Below, in pieces: positions 43,176-57,877 of a stretch of 64,000 nt of DNA. The DNA is taken from assembly GCA_964016885.1 (NCBI GenBank), contig OZ024752.1, positions 9,734,001-9,798,000 of the forward strand, read 5' to 3'. A program made the position numbers and the translations under genes. The notes under the pieces were generated by a model. That model made no database searches and had not been told where the DNA came from. It was given only the letters and a program-made list of their open reading frames with translations. How positions within the stretch are numbered: position 1 is the first letter of the stretch; every line of letters starts with the position of its first letter. The DNA is from Eledone cirrhosa. Taxonomy: Eukaryota.

Positions 43176-44721
43176 TCCACCGAAACAGAAAAATTAGTTG
43201 ATTTTCTTCGATGGCGAGAAATTCCTCGAGAAGGTCTTTAAACCTGTATAGAAGCTTAAACTGAAGTTTCCACTAACGTTAATACCTCACTGTTTGATGA
43301 AATGCTGAAAAAAAAAAAAAAAAAAAAAACGCTAAAGATGTTGCAGCCCCAGTGTTTTTCCATCGTCACCACTACAACCCTAGTCATACGCTAAATGGTT
43401 GTTGACACTAAATAGATCACATGAAGACTGGATCACGTCAGTTTCCCGAAAAGCATAATCAGATGTACTTCAGTCCAGTCAAACGTGAACGATGCAAGGT
43501 ACGACTGTCAGGCGGTAAAAAATGACGGAGTATATGTTGGTATCTGGTACATATAAGTGTCGTATCTCTGTTAGTTTCTATTCGAGTTACTTCAGGTCAG
43601 ATCTTGCTCGGCGCACTACGACAGTACTGGAAGACATGTACCTGCCTCTCTTGGTGTCGAGGTGCTGACCTGACCTTCAGACGTTTCCTGGTTAACTTTC
43701 GCCCGAGTCACCGTCTTACACTCTCAATATGCTTGGCTTTCTTTAGTGTTCATTGGAATAAATAACTCAGTCTCTTTGTCCTCAATTAATGCATTTGTAG
43801 AAAGCTGTTCATGTTTTTTCTCCATTTCATCTGGAGATTGTTTCATTAATCCTGGAAGCATGACAACAGCTTTGAAATCTTGGTTCACTCACGATATTTT
43901 CTGTGCAAAGTGAGTGGTCCTATTTGTTTGTTGCTAACGCAAAAAAATAAATTTCTTTTTCCTTTATCTGTGTCAGTATTGCTCTATTCGTTGTTGCTGT
44001 CGTTATTATTGTTACTGTCGATGTTGTTGTTGTTGCTGTTGTTGTTGTTGTTGCTACTCTCACTGCTGTTGTCATTACTGTTGTAGCTTTTAATGTTGCT
44101 CTGTTAGTTGTTGATGTTTCTTATGTTGTCAATCAAATTTCCGTTCTTCTTATAAGTATGTTTCAATATATTGCCAGAAACGCTCTCCCTAGTGAGTTTA
44201 TGTTAAAGGTCTTTTGTCTCTCAATTTCCTAGTCTTTCTCGCATCTTGTCTTTCTCTTCTTTCCTCTACAACGTCGATAATAGTTGTTGTTGTTGTCGTC
44301 GTCTTCGTCTCATTGACCATCTTTCGTATTTCTTTAAATGTCAAATTTTCAATGTAAAAAGAGTAAAAGCTTCATTCCCTCGACTCAGAGATGAAATAAA
44401 CTTAGGCGACACCACCAAATCTGACCTGCCTCTTTATTCAAACATCTGTTCACAGAAACTTTAAGGAAATATATTTCCTTCCATAAGAATACTTCTTTGG
44501 TTCGATAAAATTCAAAGACCGAAAGATCGAGTCTATCTTTGTTAAGAATAGTTTCTTGTGTAGAGACAATTATGGCCGAGGAGAAAGTCGATTAAATCGA
44601 CCTCAGTACGTTACTGGTACTTTATTTTATCGACACCATAAGGATGAAAGTCAAAGGTAAACTTGGTGGGATTTCAACTAAGATTTCATCTATGTTGATT
44701 AATAGTCTAACCAGTTTCAAA

Positions 44722-44744
<23 letters not shown>

Positions 44745-44766
<22 letters not shown>

Positions 44767-45010
44767 TCAAGGTGTTTGAGCGTTGCCTAACCGTTGTCCG
44801 ATTGAGCTGAAATTTGGCACACCCTGTTTTTATGTTCATTGTAACAGGATTAGGGGTGGGAGCAAATTACTTATTGCTAAGGGCCACCCTAATGTACATA
44901 CATCAAATTATAAATTATATAATTGTGAGGAAATAATAGGCAAAAATACAAATATACCTATTTTTTAAAAGTTCCGACTACAGTTTCGCCAAATGGTCTG
45001 CAACTAATAA
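44745..45010 (+). mobile_element. Possible non-autonomous Helitron/Helentron-type relic
   Basis: CCGATTGAGCTGAAATTTGGCAC motif typical of such short elements and a degenerate GTTTCGCC...GGTCTGC..CTA 3' end. No intact CTAG terminus. Confidence 0.4.
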
Positions 45011-45019
45011 ATCATGCAA

Positions 45020-45054
<35 letters not shown>

Positions 45055-45061
<7 letters not shown>

Positions 45062-45275
45062 TAGGAAGTGACACACGAGTTGATGAATATAATAGTAAAA
45101 AAGGAAAATCAGCAAGACATTTATTTACAAAAAATGAATTTATCGAACCGGTTTCAGCCTAGCATTATTCATTGTTGGGCTTCTTCATACCACGGAAGTG
45201 TATAATAAAATTTATAATGGAGTTAAGTTGTATATTAATAAGTATATTGTATAAAAGAACAGAGTTTACACACAT
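45055..45275 (-). mobile_element. Solo pLTR-like element with HHR remnant (45143-45192)
   Basis: Minus strand ATGAAGA-AGCCCAACAA...GCTAGGCT-GAAA-CCGG-TT-CGAT (core C>A), between TA tracts. Confidence 0.5.
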
Positions 45276-45300
45276 TATATATATATATATATATATATAT

Positions 45301-45902
45301 GTAGATAAATCTACCAAAATGTACGGTAGTGTCCAATCCGTATGGAGAACTCAATGTAATCCGAATATCATGAAAAGAGAAGATGTATTCAACAATTTTT
45401 TCGGTGAAAATTAACGGAAAACAGAGTCAAGATAAATTAATAAAATAATGAATAAAAACAAAGAAACAGTTCCTTATATTAAAAAATTCATCATTTTACG
45501 ATCGTTTCTAGGATATATATGTGTGTTAGAGTTGGTATGCATATTCTATAGATCTATGTAAAATGTTTACAAACTATCAGAGGGAATATACATACCTACA
45601 TATATATATGCTGTCTTCAGAAATAATGATATTTGTTTATTGAAAAAACCAACAAAGATTTAATACAAACAGACCTATTGTATTAAATCTTTGTTGGTTT
45701 TTTCAATAAACAAATATCATTATTTCTGAAGACAGCATATATATGTGTAGGTATGTATATTCCCTCTGATAGTTTGTAAACATTTTACATAGATCTATAG
45801 GATATGCATACCAACACTAACATATATATCCTAGAAACGATCGTAAAATGATGAATTTTTGAATATAAGGAACTGTTTCTTTGTTTATTCATTATTTTAT
45901 TA

Positions 45903-45908
<6 letters not shown>
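45301..45908. mobile_element. Fold-back pLTR family D element with two large hammerheads
   Basis: Arms 45434-45668/45678-45908 inverted, with a unique tail 45301-45433. TA flanks. Confidence 0.9.
45718..45853 (+). ncRNA. Type I hammerhead with ~100-nt domain II
   Basis: CATTATTT-CTGAAGA-[~101 nt]-GAAA-CGATCG-TA-AAATGATG: 8-bp stem I, palindromic stem III, GUA triplet. Confidence 0.7.
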
Positions 45909-45955
<47 letters not shown>

Positions 45956-46039
45956 ATAACATACTTACATATTAAACAATATACGTGCATATCTCTCTCT
46001 CTCTTTATAAATATATATATATATATATATAGTTGTGTA

Positions 46040-46353
46040 TAATGGTAGCTATGGTGCTTCCATAGGCGGTATGCCAACATTAGCACTCGATATTCAGCAG
46101 AGTAGAGTGTAGATAGAATAAAGAAAACGAAAATCAGTGATGCATCTGGACTTAATTTATTGCGTGCTACAATTGTTTCGCCGGCAGGTAGCTCGAGACA
46201 AGGTCCTTGTATGGATCTGGCTGATTCTACTTCTGCGGGTTCTTTCAGACACGGGTGTTTCGTCTGGAGCAAATTTTACCATAAATTTATGATAAAATGT
46301 AACACGCAATAAATTAAGTCCAGATGCATCACTGATTTTTCGTTTTCTTTATA
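46040..46353. mobile_element. pLTR-type element with partial inverted repeat and HHR-like motif
   Basis: Inverted arms ~46118-46165/46303-46351. Minus strand CGTGT-CTGAAAGA...GCCGGC-GAAA-CAATTG-TA-GCACG. Confidence 0.65.
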
Positions 46354-46374
46354 CTATATATATATATATATATA

Positions 46375-46917
<543 letters not shown>

Positions 46918-47663
46918 CGTATATATTGTTCAATAAATAGTTATTTTATCGTTTATAGATGCACGTATATTGTTTACTATATAAGTATTTTATAGTTTTA
47001 GCAAGTTTGTATGATTTTAGTATCAAAGGGTGAATAGAAAAGCAGAAGAAATAAGAAACGTTTTCCACTTGAACAAGCGGCACCATCTGTACGACGCTAA
47101 TTGGCTAATATGATTCTCCAAATCTCGGCATATTACAAACTGCCTTCATCCAAATAACTGCGAAAATCAGATATCTGTTCGTCCTCCAATTTCTCGCGGT
47201 AAGGTGGTTGCTTATTTTTTAGACGGCAATATTAAATTAGAAAGTAAAAATGTAACCTGTTGTTGCTGATTTGTTTCGTTCTCGTTCAGTTGAATGGATT
47301 TCAGAATGTAGAGACTTTCTAAAACAGTCTTAACTCCATTGCGGCATATAATCTATACTCTTCCAAAGTTTCTCTATCTCCGAAATTGTTTATATATATA
47401 TATATATATGTTTAAAGCACATGGACATACATACACATATCCACCCGCAAAAGCACGAGCGCGCGCACTCACACACGCAAACATATGTAGATATGCATGT
47501 GATTGAACATTTTGGAAATAAAATTAGAAGCGGTGTGGTTTCGATTCCCATGCACGCTAATGTTCAATTCTTTCCCATTATATGTTACCAGGCGCTAATG
47601 TTAGCGTACTATCTAGACAATATAAGGTGAAAGCTGCTAATACTATTTTTAAAACACACACAC

Positions 47664-47727
<64 letters not shown>

Positions 47728-47799
47728 AAAGGAGGTTTCAAATGAAGGTATTTTTTTTATTGATTATGCCCAGAATCGATATAGATATATATATATATG

Positions 47800-48090
47800 A
47801 AAAAATGGAATAGACATTACAATACAATGGGTGGAAACATAATAGTACCTCTTATGATGTCCCAGGTGTGTGATGAAAGAACTTTGATATACTATATATC
47901 TATATGTTTATATCTATATTTTTAACCTTTGGCCAATCAATGATAAACAATGATCGCTAGATAGGTTAACTATAGGGATATACAAGATACAGAAACGAAA
48001 GCCAATCCAAACCCAACACTGAGTGTGTTTTATTATATATTTCTCGCAATATTATAACAATATGACCCTCCCCAAATATAACAATGTATA
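47800..48090 (+). mobile_element. Degenerate solo pLTR, Neptune-associated family
   Basis: GAAAGAACTTTGA HHR remnant and terminal ATGACCCTCCCCAAATATAACAAT, matching 28955-28980 and 53044-53068. Confidence 0.6.
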
Positions 48091-48496
48091 ACTATAACTA
48101 TATACATATATATATATAAATGAGACGTATACAGATTGTTTTAGCAAGAAGCTAACGGCATTCTATAACATATATGCGACTATAACGTCAAGATGGGAAA
48201 AGTAGTTAACGAAAGATTTAGGAAAAATAACTCAAACTCATCTCAAAAGAGAATCAGGATACAAATTCATCCACAGAATTTAGTAAAATCCATGGAAAAA
48301 TCTATAGACCTTTAACTCATGATAAAACAAAGTTTGAAACACTTATCCTTCAATTTGGAATAACATCAAATGCTCTGTATAGTCTTAAAAGACTATTTCA
48401 TGAAAACTGTCAGTGGAGATGGTCACGGTTGGAATATCATTCATCAGCAGAGCTCAACAGAAAACCAGGGCTCTATATATATATATATATAGATAG

Positions 48497-49000
<504 letters not shown>

Positions 49001-49369
49001 ACATATATATATATATATTTATAAGTATGGGTTTGAGTATATACATATGTAAACATATGTATATATGCATGTATGTATTCCAGTGGTAAGACGCTTGTAC
49101 AAATATAGAAATCGACAATAATAAACACTATATATATATATATATGAAAAATATGAAAACATGGCGTGCTGCGTGGTTGGAAATGGGTTACATATGAATA
49201 AATTTAGTCCTCCATCAGTGATCATCCAGTCTTAATTGGTATTTCATCGCTTTAAAGACCATATACCTCCGGTTGGTGCGAGCAACGGCTAAAGAAAGTC
49301 GTTGGGACACGTAAATAGGGGGAACGAGCGAGACAGTAAACAAACGAAGATGGTAATGCAACGAAAGGT

Positions 49370-50020
49370 GAGGAAGAAGGAGTCAAGTCCCTGAAATCGA
49401 TGAACATAAGTTCTGTGAAATCGTAGACGAGAGAGAATAAAGACCATCCAACCTGGTCGAAATGCGAGTGAGGAAAGAATTTCGCACAGGTCAAACGGGA
49501 GGAAGAAGGGGTCAAGTCCCTGAAATCGATGAACATAAGTTCTGTGAAATCGTAGACGAGAGAGAATAAAGACCATCCAACCTGGTCGAAATGTGAGTGA
49601 GGAAAGAATTTCGCACAGGTCAAACGGGAGGAAGAAGGGGTCAAGTCCCTGAAATCGATGAACATAAGTTCTGTGAAATCGTAGACGAGAGAGAATAAAG
49701 ACCATCCAACCTGGTCGAAATGTGAGTGAGGAAAGAATTTCGCACAGGTCAAACGGGAGGAAGAAGGGGTCAAGTCCCTGAAATCGATGAACATAAGTTC
49801 TGTGAAATCGTAGATGAGAGAGAATAAAGACCATCCAACCTGGTCGAAATGTGAGTGAGGAAAGAATTTCACACAGGTCAAACGGGAGGAAGAAGGGGTC
49901 AAGTCCCTGATATCGATGTACATAAGTTCTGTGAAATCGTAGACGAGCGAGAATAAAGTCCATCCGACCTGGTCGAAGTGTGAGCGAGGAAAGAATTTCG
50001 CACAGGTCGAACGGGAGGAA
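49370..50020. repeat. 129-bp tandem repeat, ~5 near-identical units, inside an element bounded by ~110-bp direct repeats
   Basis: GAAGAAGGGGTCAAGTCCCTG recurs at 49373, 49502, 49631, 49760 and 49889. Direct repeats at 49142-49250 and 50161-50268. Confidence 0.92.
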
Positions 50021-50285
50021 GTAGGAGAGGGAGTATCAGAGAGTGAGGAAGAGGCTAACAGAGAGAGTGACTGGCAGAGGGGGTAAAAGGAAGTGAGAGA
50101 TAGAGAGAAAGGGGAAGCAGTAAGAAAGAAACAGACGGGTCACAGCGGAGGAAAATATATATATGAAAAATATGAAAACATGGCGTGCTGCGTGGTTGCA
50201 AATGGGTTACATATGAATACATTTAGTCCTTCGTCAGTGATCTTCCAGCCTTCATTGGTATTTCATCGATATATATATATATATA

Positions 50286-50490
50286 AATTAATAAAAATAA
50301 TGAATAAAAACAAAGAAACAGTTCCTTATATTAAAGAAAATCATCATCTTACGATCATTTCTAGGATATATATGTGTGTGTTGGTATGTATATCATATAG
50401 ATCTATGTAAAAGTTTTACAAACTATCAGAGGGAATATACCTACCTACACATATATATGCTGTCTTCAGAAATAATCAGAAATAATCATA
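50286..50490 (-). mobile_element. pLTR family D, single arm
   Basis: Matches 45434-45630. Stem III is mutated. Confidence 0.75.
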
Positions 50491-50499
50491 TATATATAT

Positions 50500-50667
50500 A
50501 AATGAAGAGAAAAATGGCATGCTGTGTTGTTGCAAATGTGATATAAAAATTAAAATGATGAATTAGAAATAGAAGCCAGTGGTCTATTAGCCATCATAGG
50601 TATTTCTTCGCATAATGCGAAGAAATACCTATGATAGCTAGTCCTGGCTTCTATTTCTAATTCTTCA

Positions 50668-50672
<5 letters not shown>
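50500..50672. repeat. Fold-back element (~60-bp arms) related to the 49142/50161 direct repeats
   Basis: 50551-50612 is inverted to 50614-50672. Shares ATGGC.TGCTG.GT.GTTGCAAATG and GGTATTTC.TCGC with the direct repeats. Confidence 0.7.
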
Positions 50673-50759
<87 letters not shown>

Positions 50760-50841
50760 CATACACTATTATTGTACTTTGAAAACAACGAGTCCATTCT
50801 TGCATAAACTCCGTAGCTAATGCTCGCTATGTATTCTTTTA

Positions 50842-51030
50842 GGCCGGTGAATTGGCAGTATCGGTAGAGGGTCGGACGCCATGCTTAGACTCATAGAGTT
50901 ACGGCCCTTGCCATTCTGAGTTCAAATCCCGCCGTAATTATTTTTGCCTTTCATCCTTACGGGGTCGATAAAATAAGTACCGGTAATACACTGGGTGATT
51001 GCTGGCCTTGTGCCAAACGTAGAAACAGTT
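50842..51030 (+). mobile_element. Octopus-type SINE
   Basis: A-box TGGCAGTATCGG, B-box GAGTTCAAATCC, and TATGTATTCTTT on both flanks. Confidence 0.88.
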
Positions 51031-51184
51031 ATGTATTCTTTATGTAACAATGAATATTCCCCAGTCAAAACTAGCAGGAAGACGCCATGTTACATGTACA
51101 TTACTGTATGTCGGAACCCTCTCTGTTTCCCCCTTTCTAACTATTTATATATCTCTCTATCTATTTAACTACATACATACATAC

Positions 51185-51247
<63 letters not shown>

Positions 51248-51587
51248 TATACATACATACACATGCATATACATATTTATATACACATATACATACACAC
51301 ATATATATATATACACACATACATATATATACACATACACATACATATATATATATACACATACATACATATATATATATATACACACATACATATATAT
51401 ATATATACACATACATATATATATATATACACATACATATATATATATATACACATACATATATATATATATACACATACATATATATGCACACATATAT
51501 ATATATATATGTATGTGTGTATCTATCTAAATATATATCACTAACCGCAGACATACTCACACTTACACACATGCATGCATGCGTGCA

Positions 51588-51637
<50 letters not shown>

Positions 51638-52605
51638 CGCTCACACACAAATATACACACACACGCACACACACTCACACACATATATATACATACATAC
51701 ACACATACATGTGTGTGTCATAGAAATACACAGTTATTTCACAGAGAAGAATAAACTACTAGATCTATTCATGTTTCTTTATTGTGAAATATAACATATT
51801 GTGACATCTTCAAATAGAGATATCTTTGAATATATTAAAAATGGAGGCAACAACTGTTGCCAAAGCGAAACATTCCATTAACTATAGAAATGAGTTTCTA
51901 CAATATTGCTGATAGAAGCTTTCATCTTATATCGGCTTGAAATTAAAGTCCCGTTTCCACAGATCATAACATCATTTCTACGACTTCATATTACGAATGT
52001 TGTTGCCCATTAGAATACATCTAAGCTGAAGGAATTCGCAAGAGAATTGACGGATTAACAACAAGAGTAAACTGAAGATTTCAATTTCAGGGCTCTAAAT
52101 AAATTGAATATACTTCCCTAAATGTATCAATAGCTGATCATTATAAACAGGGTTTTAATATTGTCATATAGAGTAAGGTCGAAATATATATAACGAAAAT
52201 CTGAAAGATGTAAGTACAAATTAAGGTAGAAGGGCGTTAGGTAAGTCACATCCAAATGTAACTCTCTGTCTTGAAGAAGAAGAATTTTCCGCAAGTATGA
52301 AGATTTTAATATCATGTTCTCTAACCAATTAATGCATTTGACGTGTAAAACTAATTGCATGTATATTGTCATATATTGTTAAAACTACTAAACCACTTGA
52401 TAAATCAAATACATTTTTTTCATAAGGATACGTTGGGAAGTATTTTATTTTGCACACATTATTGATAACTCGTAGAATACTTGCCAACAAAATAGTTAAT
52501 GGCTCTAAAAGACTGGGAAAGTTTACGTAAGGTTAAAAGGTCAATCGCTTTAACATTTATAATCTCTCTATCTCTCTCTGGCTCTATATATATATGGATT
52601 ATAAT

Positions 52606-52635
<30 letters not shown>

Positions 52636-52638
<3 letters not shown>

Positions 52639-53068
52639 TGTTATACTTAGGGAGGGTCATATTGTTGTAATAATAACAGAACACACTCACTGTTTGGTTG
52701 GTTTTCGCTTCTGTATCTTTTATATCTCCATAGTTAATTTATTCGGTCCTCAATGTTTACCATTGACTGACTAACGGTCAAAAACACAGAAATAATATAG
52801 ATATAAACACATATATATATAGTCTAACAAAGTTCTTTCGTTGCACATCTGCAACATAGTCAGTGGTACTATTATGTTCCTCCTGTGGTATTGTATATCT
52901 ACGCCATCTTTATTCTATCTGTTGGTCAGTCAATGGTAAACATTGAGGACCAAATGAATTAACTGATAAAAGATACAGAAGCGAAAACCCACCAAACAGT
53001 GAGTGTGTTCTGTTATTATTTCTGGCAATATTATTACAACACTATGACACTTCCCAAGTATAACAATA
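52636..53068. mobile_element. Fold-back pLTR element, Neptune-associated family
   Basis: Arms 52636-52771/52926-53068 inverted. The centre holds a minus-strand HHR remnant CTGACTA-TGTTGC...GCAAC-GAAA-GAAC-TT-TG. Confidence 0.75.
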
Positions 53069-53107
53069 TTTATTTCGACACACGATTTCATATCAAAAAC
53101 GTCATAA

Positions 53108-53185
<78 letters not shown>

Positions 53186-53311
53186 CACTCTGTTTTCTTT
53201 GGGTTGGTGTGTTAATGATACTGATATAGCATTATTGAGTGAGTGGGAAAACGATCGAAGTTTTTTCTGTCTTATCCGATGACTTCCTTTCAGGAAAATA
53301 ACGATAATAAT

Positions 53312-53428
53312 AATTGTTTCTACTTTTGGTACAAGGCCAGCAATTAACCAGTGTATTACTGGTACTTTATTTTATCGGCCCCGTAAGGATGAAAGGCACA
53401 GTTAACCTCGGCGGGATTTGAACTCACA
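53312..53428 (-). mobile_element. Octopus-type SINE, 5'-truncated
   Basis: 3' half of the family consensus. Confidence 0.8.
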
Positions 53429-53769
53429 ATGATAATAGAAGAAATACAAAAGATAGTACTAATGGGAACTGCCCATATGCTAAGCAAGATTCTGTCAATA
53501 TAAATTCATCACAGGTCTAAACACTTAAAGATACATGCATCTGTTTATGTGTTTTTTCTTGAACATAGTGGATGGTAGACCTTGTTATCTCTTGAGGTCA
53601 CTGGTTGTGACTTCGTGATAACAAAACAAAATAAATGAAAAAAAACAAATAAGTATATATATATATGAATACATAGGATTAGAATACTGGAGCGTGTTGG
53701 AGTTAAACACCCTCTTCGTATTATAGAAATGCATACATACATACATATACATATATATATATATATAAT

Positions 53770-55836
53770 ATAAGATCAAAAGATGGTTAAAAGAGTTCCA
53801 AGTATTTTATTATGCGCATTTCAAATACAAATATCATCATGGGATGATATCTGCGTTCTCATCAGATAAAATAGGGAGACATGATATGAAGCTTAAAAAA
53901 CACTTGTGAGCAGTGAAGTTTTAAATCAACATATGAAAAATAAATTAAGATGGATGTATGAGATTGGGAAAAAGTGCGGGTGGGGGGTAAGGAAGAGAAA
54001 TAAATAAGAGTAAAGGATGGTGGGGGAGGAGTATAAGAAGGAAGTATGAGAGAGGAGGAGAAATGGGTGGTAGAGAGGGTGAGATAGCCTTTACAATTGA
54101 GAAAATATTGTCTCACAGAGAGAAAAAATCGTTGGAAGATAATAGATAATTTAAAAGATTTTTAAGTTAAAAGTTAATGAGGTTTATGCATGAAGAAAGA
54201 GGAATTAAGAATAGTATTAATTTAAGGTTTGTATATTGAAGGGTTTAATCATATGTGCGAAGAAAAGAATCTATTAATATGTATTATTAAGATAAAAATA
54301 TTAATGATATTAAGGATATGTAAAAAGAAGGAGAAGAATAAATAAGTTATGAATTTAGAGGAATTAGTTAGGGTTTAAGTTTGTTTTTATGTATTGTAAT
54401 ATGTATACGTAAATAGAATGTTTAAAATGAGCATGGAAGGAGAGAAGAAAAAAGAATGTTTAAGGAAGAAAATATCTAACGTCAAAAAGTATATATGTTT
54501 ACGAAATATTTTCTAATGGTAATATTATAATATATTAAGAAATTAGTTGGGGTTTAAGTTTGTTTTTATGTATTGTAATGTGTAAAAGTAAAAGTTAGTA
54601 ATGGGTTTAAAACGAGCAGGGAAGGAGAGAACAGAGAGAAAAATTTAAGGAAGAAAAAAATATCTAACGTCAAAAAAGTTTATATGTTTACGGAAATCTT
54701 CTAATGGTAATATTATAATGTATTAAAAAAATACAGTTTTAATGGCCAATAATATGAGGAAAGATGGAAGAATGGATAATGCTGTAGTGAGTAATAATAT
54801 GAATTGAGAAGTAATTGGGAAGAAAAAGTACAGGTTAGAGATTAGAAAAAAAAGGGAAGAAAGGATAATGATAAAGAAGAATGACTTAGAATGAGTGAAT
54901 TGTATTATATAATATATAATACTGAAATAAGGTAGAAAGATGGGTATATTTATAAAATATATATAAGCCTTTGTGAAAAGATGATTTTAAACTAATAAGG
55001 TATTGAGATATTAGCTGTATACTTTATGGAATGTTCTATGGAATTTATGCAAGCAGAGCGAAAATAAATCTGTGCGTCTATTTATTATAGAATTGAAATT
55101 AGATATAATGGTAAATTTCTCGGCTAGGCAGAGATTACATATTCTGGATAGGGAAGAATTCAGGTAGGGAAAGGTGGAACAAACCTTCCTCCAAGAGATG
55201 TTATAGTTAATATTTTTGTCTTTTAAGGACCATATGAGTTCCGAGAGTGCCGTGTTAGTTCTTTTAAGTTGGTATTTGAAAGCCGATTTGGGATTATAAA
55301 ATCTAATTTTGAAGGAAGTGGAAGTGGAACCGAAATAGGTAAAAGAATTAGTATCAGTTATAACCTTACATTCATAGACTAAGTTTTTATCAAGACAATG
55401 GTTATTAAGAGGACATTTAGTTTTAATAGAGCAAATACAATTACGATTAGAGAAATTAACAGAGTTATTAACAAGTGACCTAGTATTATTTATAGAAGGA
55501 ATTGGATTGGAGAAGTTATTTACGATAGGAACAATAGTTTCCTGATTTAGATTGGTGTTATGAACATTCAACGAGGTAACGTTTGACGTCGTATTTAAAT
55601 TTACAGAATCTAGCCTACAGTTAACTATGACGTCGGGTATACAACTGCTATTATTATGACGCTCAGTGTTGGAAGGATGTAATTTATTATTTAATATTTT
55701 ATTGTTGTGTTTAGAGATGTTGGAAGTGGTGGAATAAGAAACTTTAATTGTGTGTTTGTTAAAGATTTTACTATAGATATGTGAGGGAGGGAAACATTTA
55801 TCTAAGGCCCTAAAGAATAGTTTAGGAATACTATTA

Positions 55837-55838
<2 letters not shown>
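53770..55838 (-). mobile_element. 5'-truncated Naiad-type PLE (GIY-YIG, ~1.1-kb 3' UTR, HHR pLTR)
   Basis: GIY-YIG ORF and a pyrimidine-rich 3' UTR with internal ~180-bp duplication (54360-54725). Minus-strand HHR at ~53803-53870 reads TTTTAT-CTGATGA...GAAAA-TGCGCA-TA-ATAAAA. TA on both ends. Confidence 0.85.
55011..55838 (-). pseudogene. PLE linker plus GIY-YIG endonuclease, N-terminally truncated
   Basis: IPKLFFRALDKCFPPSHIYSKIFNKHTIKVSYS...NCICSIKTKCPLNNHCL...LVYECKV...YFGSTSTSFKIRFYN...TALSELIWSLK...CNLCLAEK...INRRTDLFSLCLH. Confidence 0.88.
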
Positions 55839-55888
<50 letters not shown>

Positions 55889-56318
55889 AAAATTGGGGTA
55901 AGGTTCTATACAAAACAGAGGTTATAGAAAAAAAAGTAAGAATGGAACCAGCACGGAAATATATTTAAAGAATCTCTTTTTAATCCGTCAAAGTGATATT
56001 ATGGAAAAAAGGAGAACCATTAAAAAAAAAGCAGTTCTTTTTGCGATTATAGTATTGCTAGACGAAACAATATGGCGTGTGGAATAGTTGTTTGATATGA
56101 ATTAGTGGTGGTCTTCCCGACTGCCGAAATATAATATTGGAGTCTTTGATAATCTTAATTTGCGTTTTAAATAACTCCAATAATTAGTTTTACTAAGGAC
56201 GTTATATTTATTATTAAATCGAGTTTCTCTTTTCTTTGTTGTAAGGAATAGTATACATGTGTAATTTCTTGGCCAAGCACTTTCTCTCATTCCATCTTTC
56301 TTTCATTGTATACACACA

Positions 56319-56355
<37 letters not shown>

Positions 56356-56464
56356 AAGAGTCACCAATCAATAAGCGCAATGAAAGTTTAACAAATCGTC
56401 ATTGTATTATACTATATATATATTTATATATATACACACACACGAATACCCATATATGTGTGCA

Positions 56465-56514
<50 letters not shown>

Positions 56515-57496
56515 CGTTTATTTGTAATGGCCTTTTAATGTGCATATATTTCCACCTCTGCTTCACCTTCTATACAACTTGGATGCTAAATACTGTATAT
56601 TATATTTCATTTAATCTCCACCATAACCATATATATATATATGAGCAAATATTCTATAGAAAACCATAACCCACATGCTGGCAGTAGACTCATAAATATT
56701 TCATTTTTCTTGCTCTATGCATAATATATAACCGTAGAATCCTAAACTGAAAATCTTCTAAGACGGCAGATAGATGATTGTTAACAATGACTAGTTGTAT
56801 AATACTAATATATTGTTCTATTGCTCATTATAACGACGTCCCTGGAGGATACTATTTCCGTCCAATCAGAGAATAACAGTAAGATGACGTCACGAGGTTG
56901 GAGATTTATGTTCAAAGTTAGTTAGTTGTCAAAGTAGTGAATAATTAACTAACTCAATGCTAATTAATCTCCTTTCTTTCAAAACCAAATTATGATGGGA
57001 TACATGCTAAAATGCCATTGCACATTTCATTCGTGTTTGAAGTCTTTTGTAGTGTCTATACTCTATATTCCGATCAATTAACAATAACTGTTTATATATA
57101 TAGTGTGTGGGTGTGTGTGAATGTGTGTGAATGTGTGCGTGTGTATGTGTATGTGTGTATGCATACACATACAAATATCTGTGTCACACACGGACATATT
57201 TATATATATATATATATATGTGTGTATGTTTGTGAACGTGTATGTATGGTTACACACTGACATATGTATGTATAACAGTTCAAACATGTGTGTGTGTGTG
57301 TGTGTGTGCGCATACCCAGACATATGTATAATAGTTCAAACAAATATTACGATGTTTGATGAGGTTTTGATTCCGGAGTCAGAACCGATCGATACAGACC
57401 GACCCTTGAGATAAGCAATCGCTAAACACGCTTCACACCTCAATAAATGTAACGAAAAATTAACACCACCCCTATATTATTATATATATATATATG

Positions 57497-57679
57497 GGCG
57501 GTGGATTGGCAGAATTGGTAGAGGGTTGGACATGCTTTCCAGCATAGTTACGTCCCTTTACGAGATGAGTTCAAATCCCGCCAATGTGAACTTTGCCTTT
57601 CATCCTGACGAGGTCGATAAAATAAAGTACCAGTAATGTACTAGGTAATTGCTGGCCTTGTGCCGAGAGTAGAAACAAT

Positions 57680-57680
<1 letters not shown>
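57497..57680 (+). mobile_element. Octopus-type SINE
   Basis: Full-length family copy between TA tracts. Confidence 0.85.
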
Positions 57681-57730
<50 letters not shown>

Positions 57731-57877
57731 GCATATATACATATCACTTGTGTGTATGTGTGTGTTCAGTATCAACTCTTTATTTGTTTAATGTTTCACC
57801 ATTTTCGGGAGTGTTCATTATTGCTGCACGTTTAGAGTTTCTGTAACCTGTCTTAAATTCGACAAAACAAAACATAA

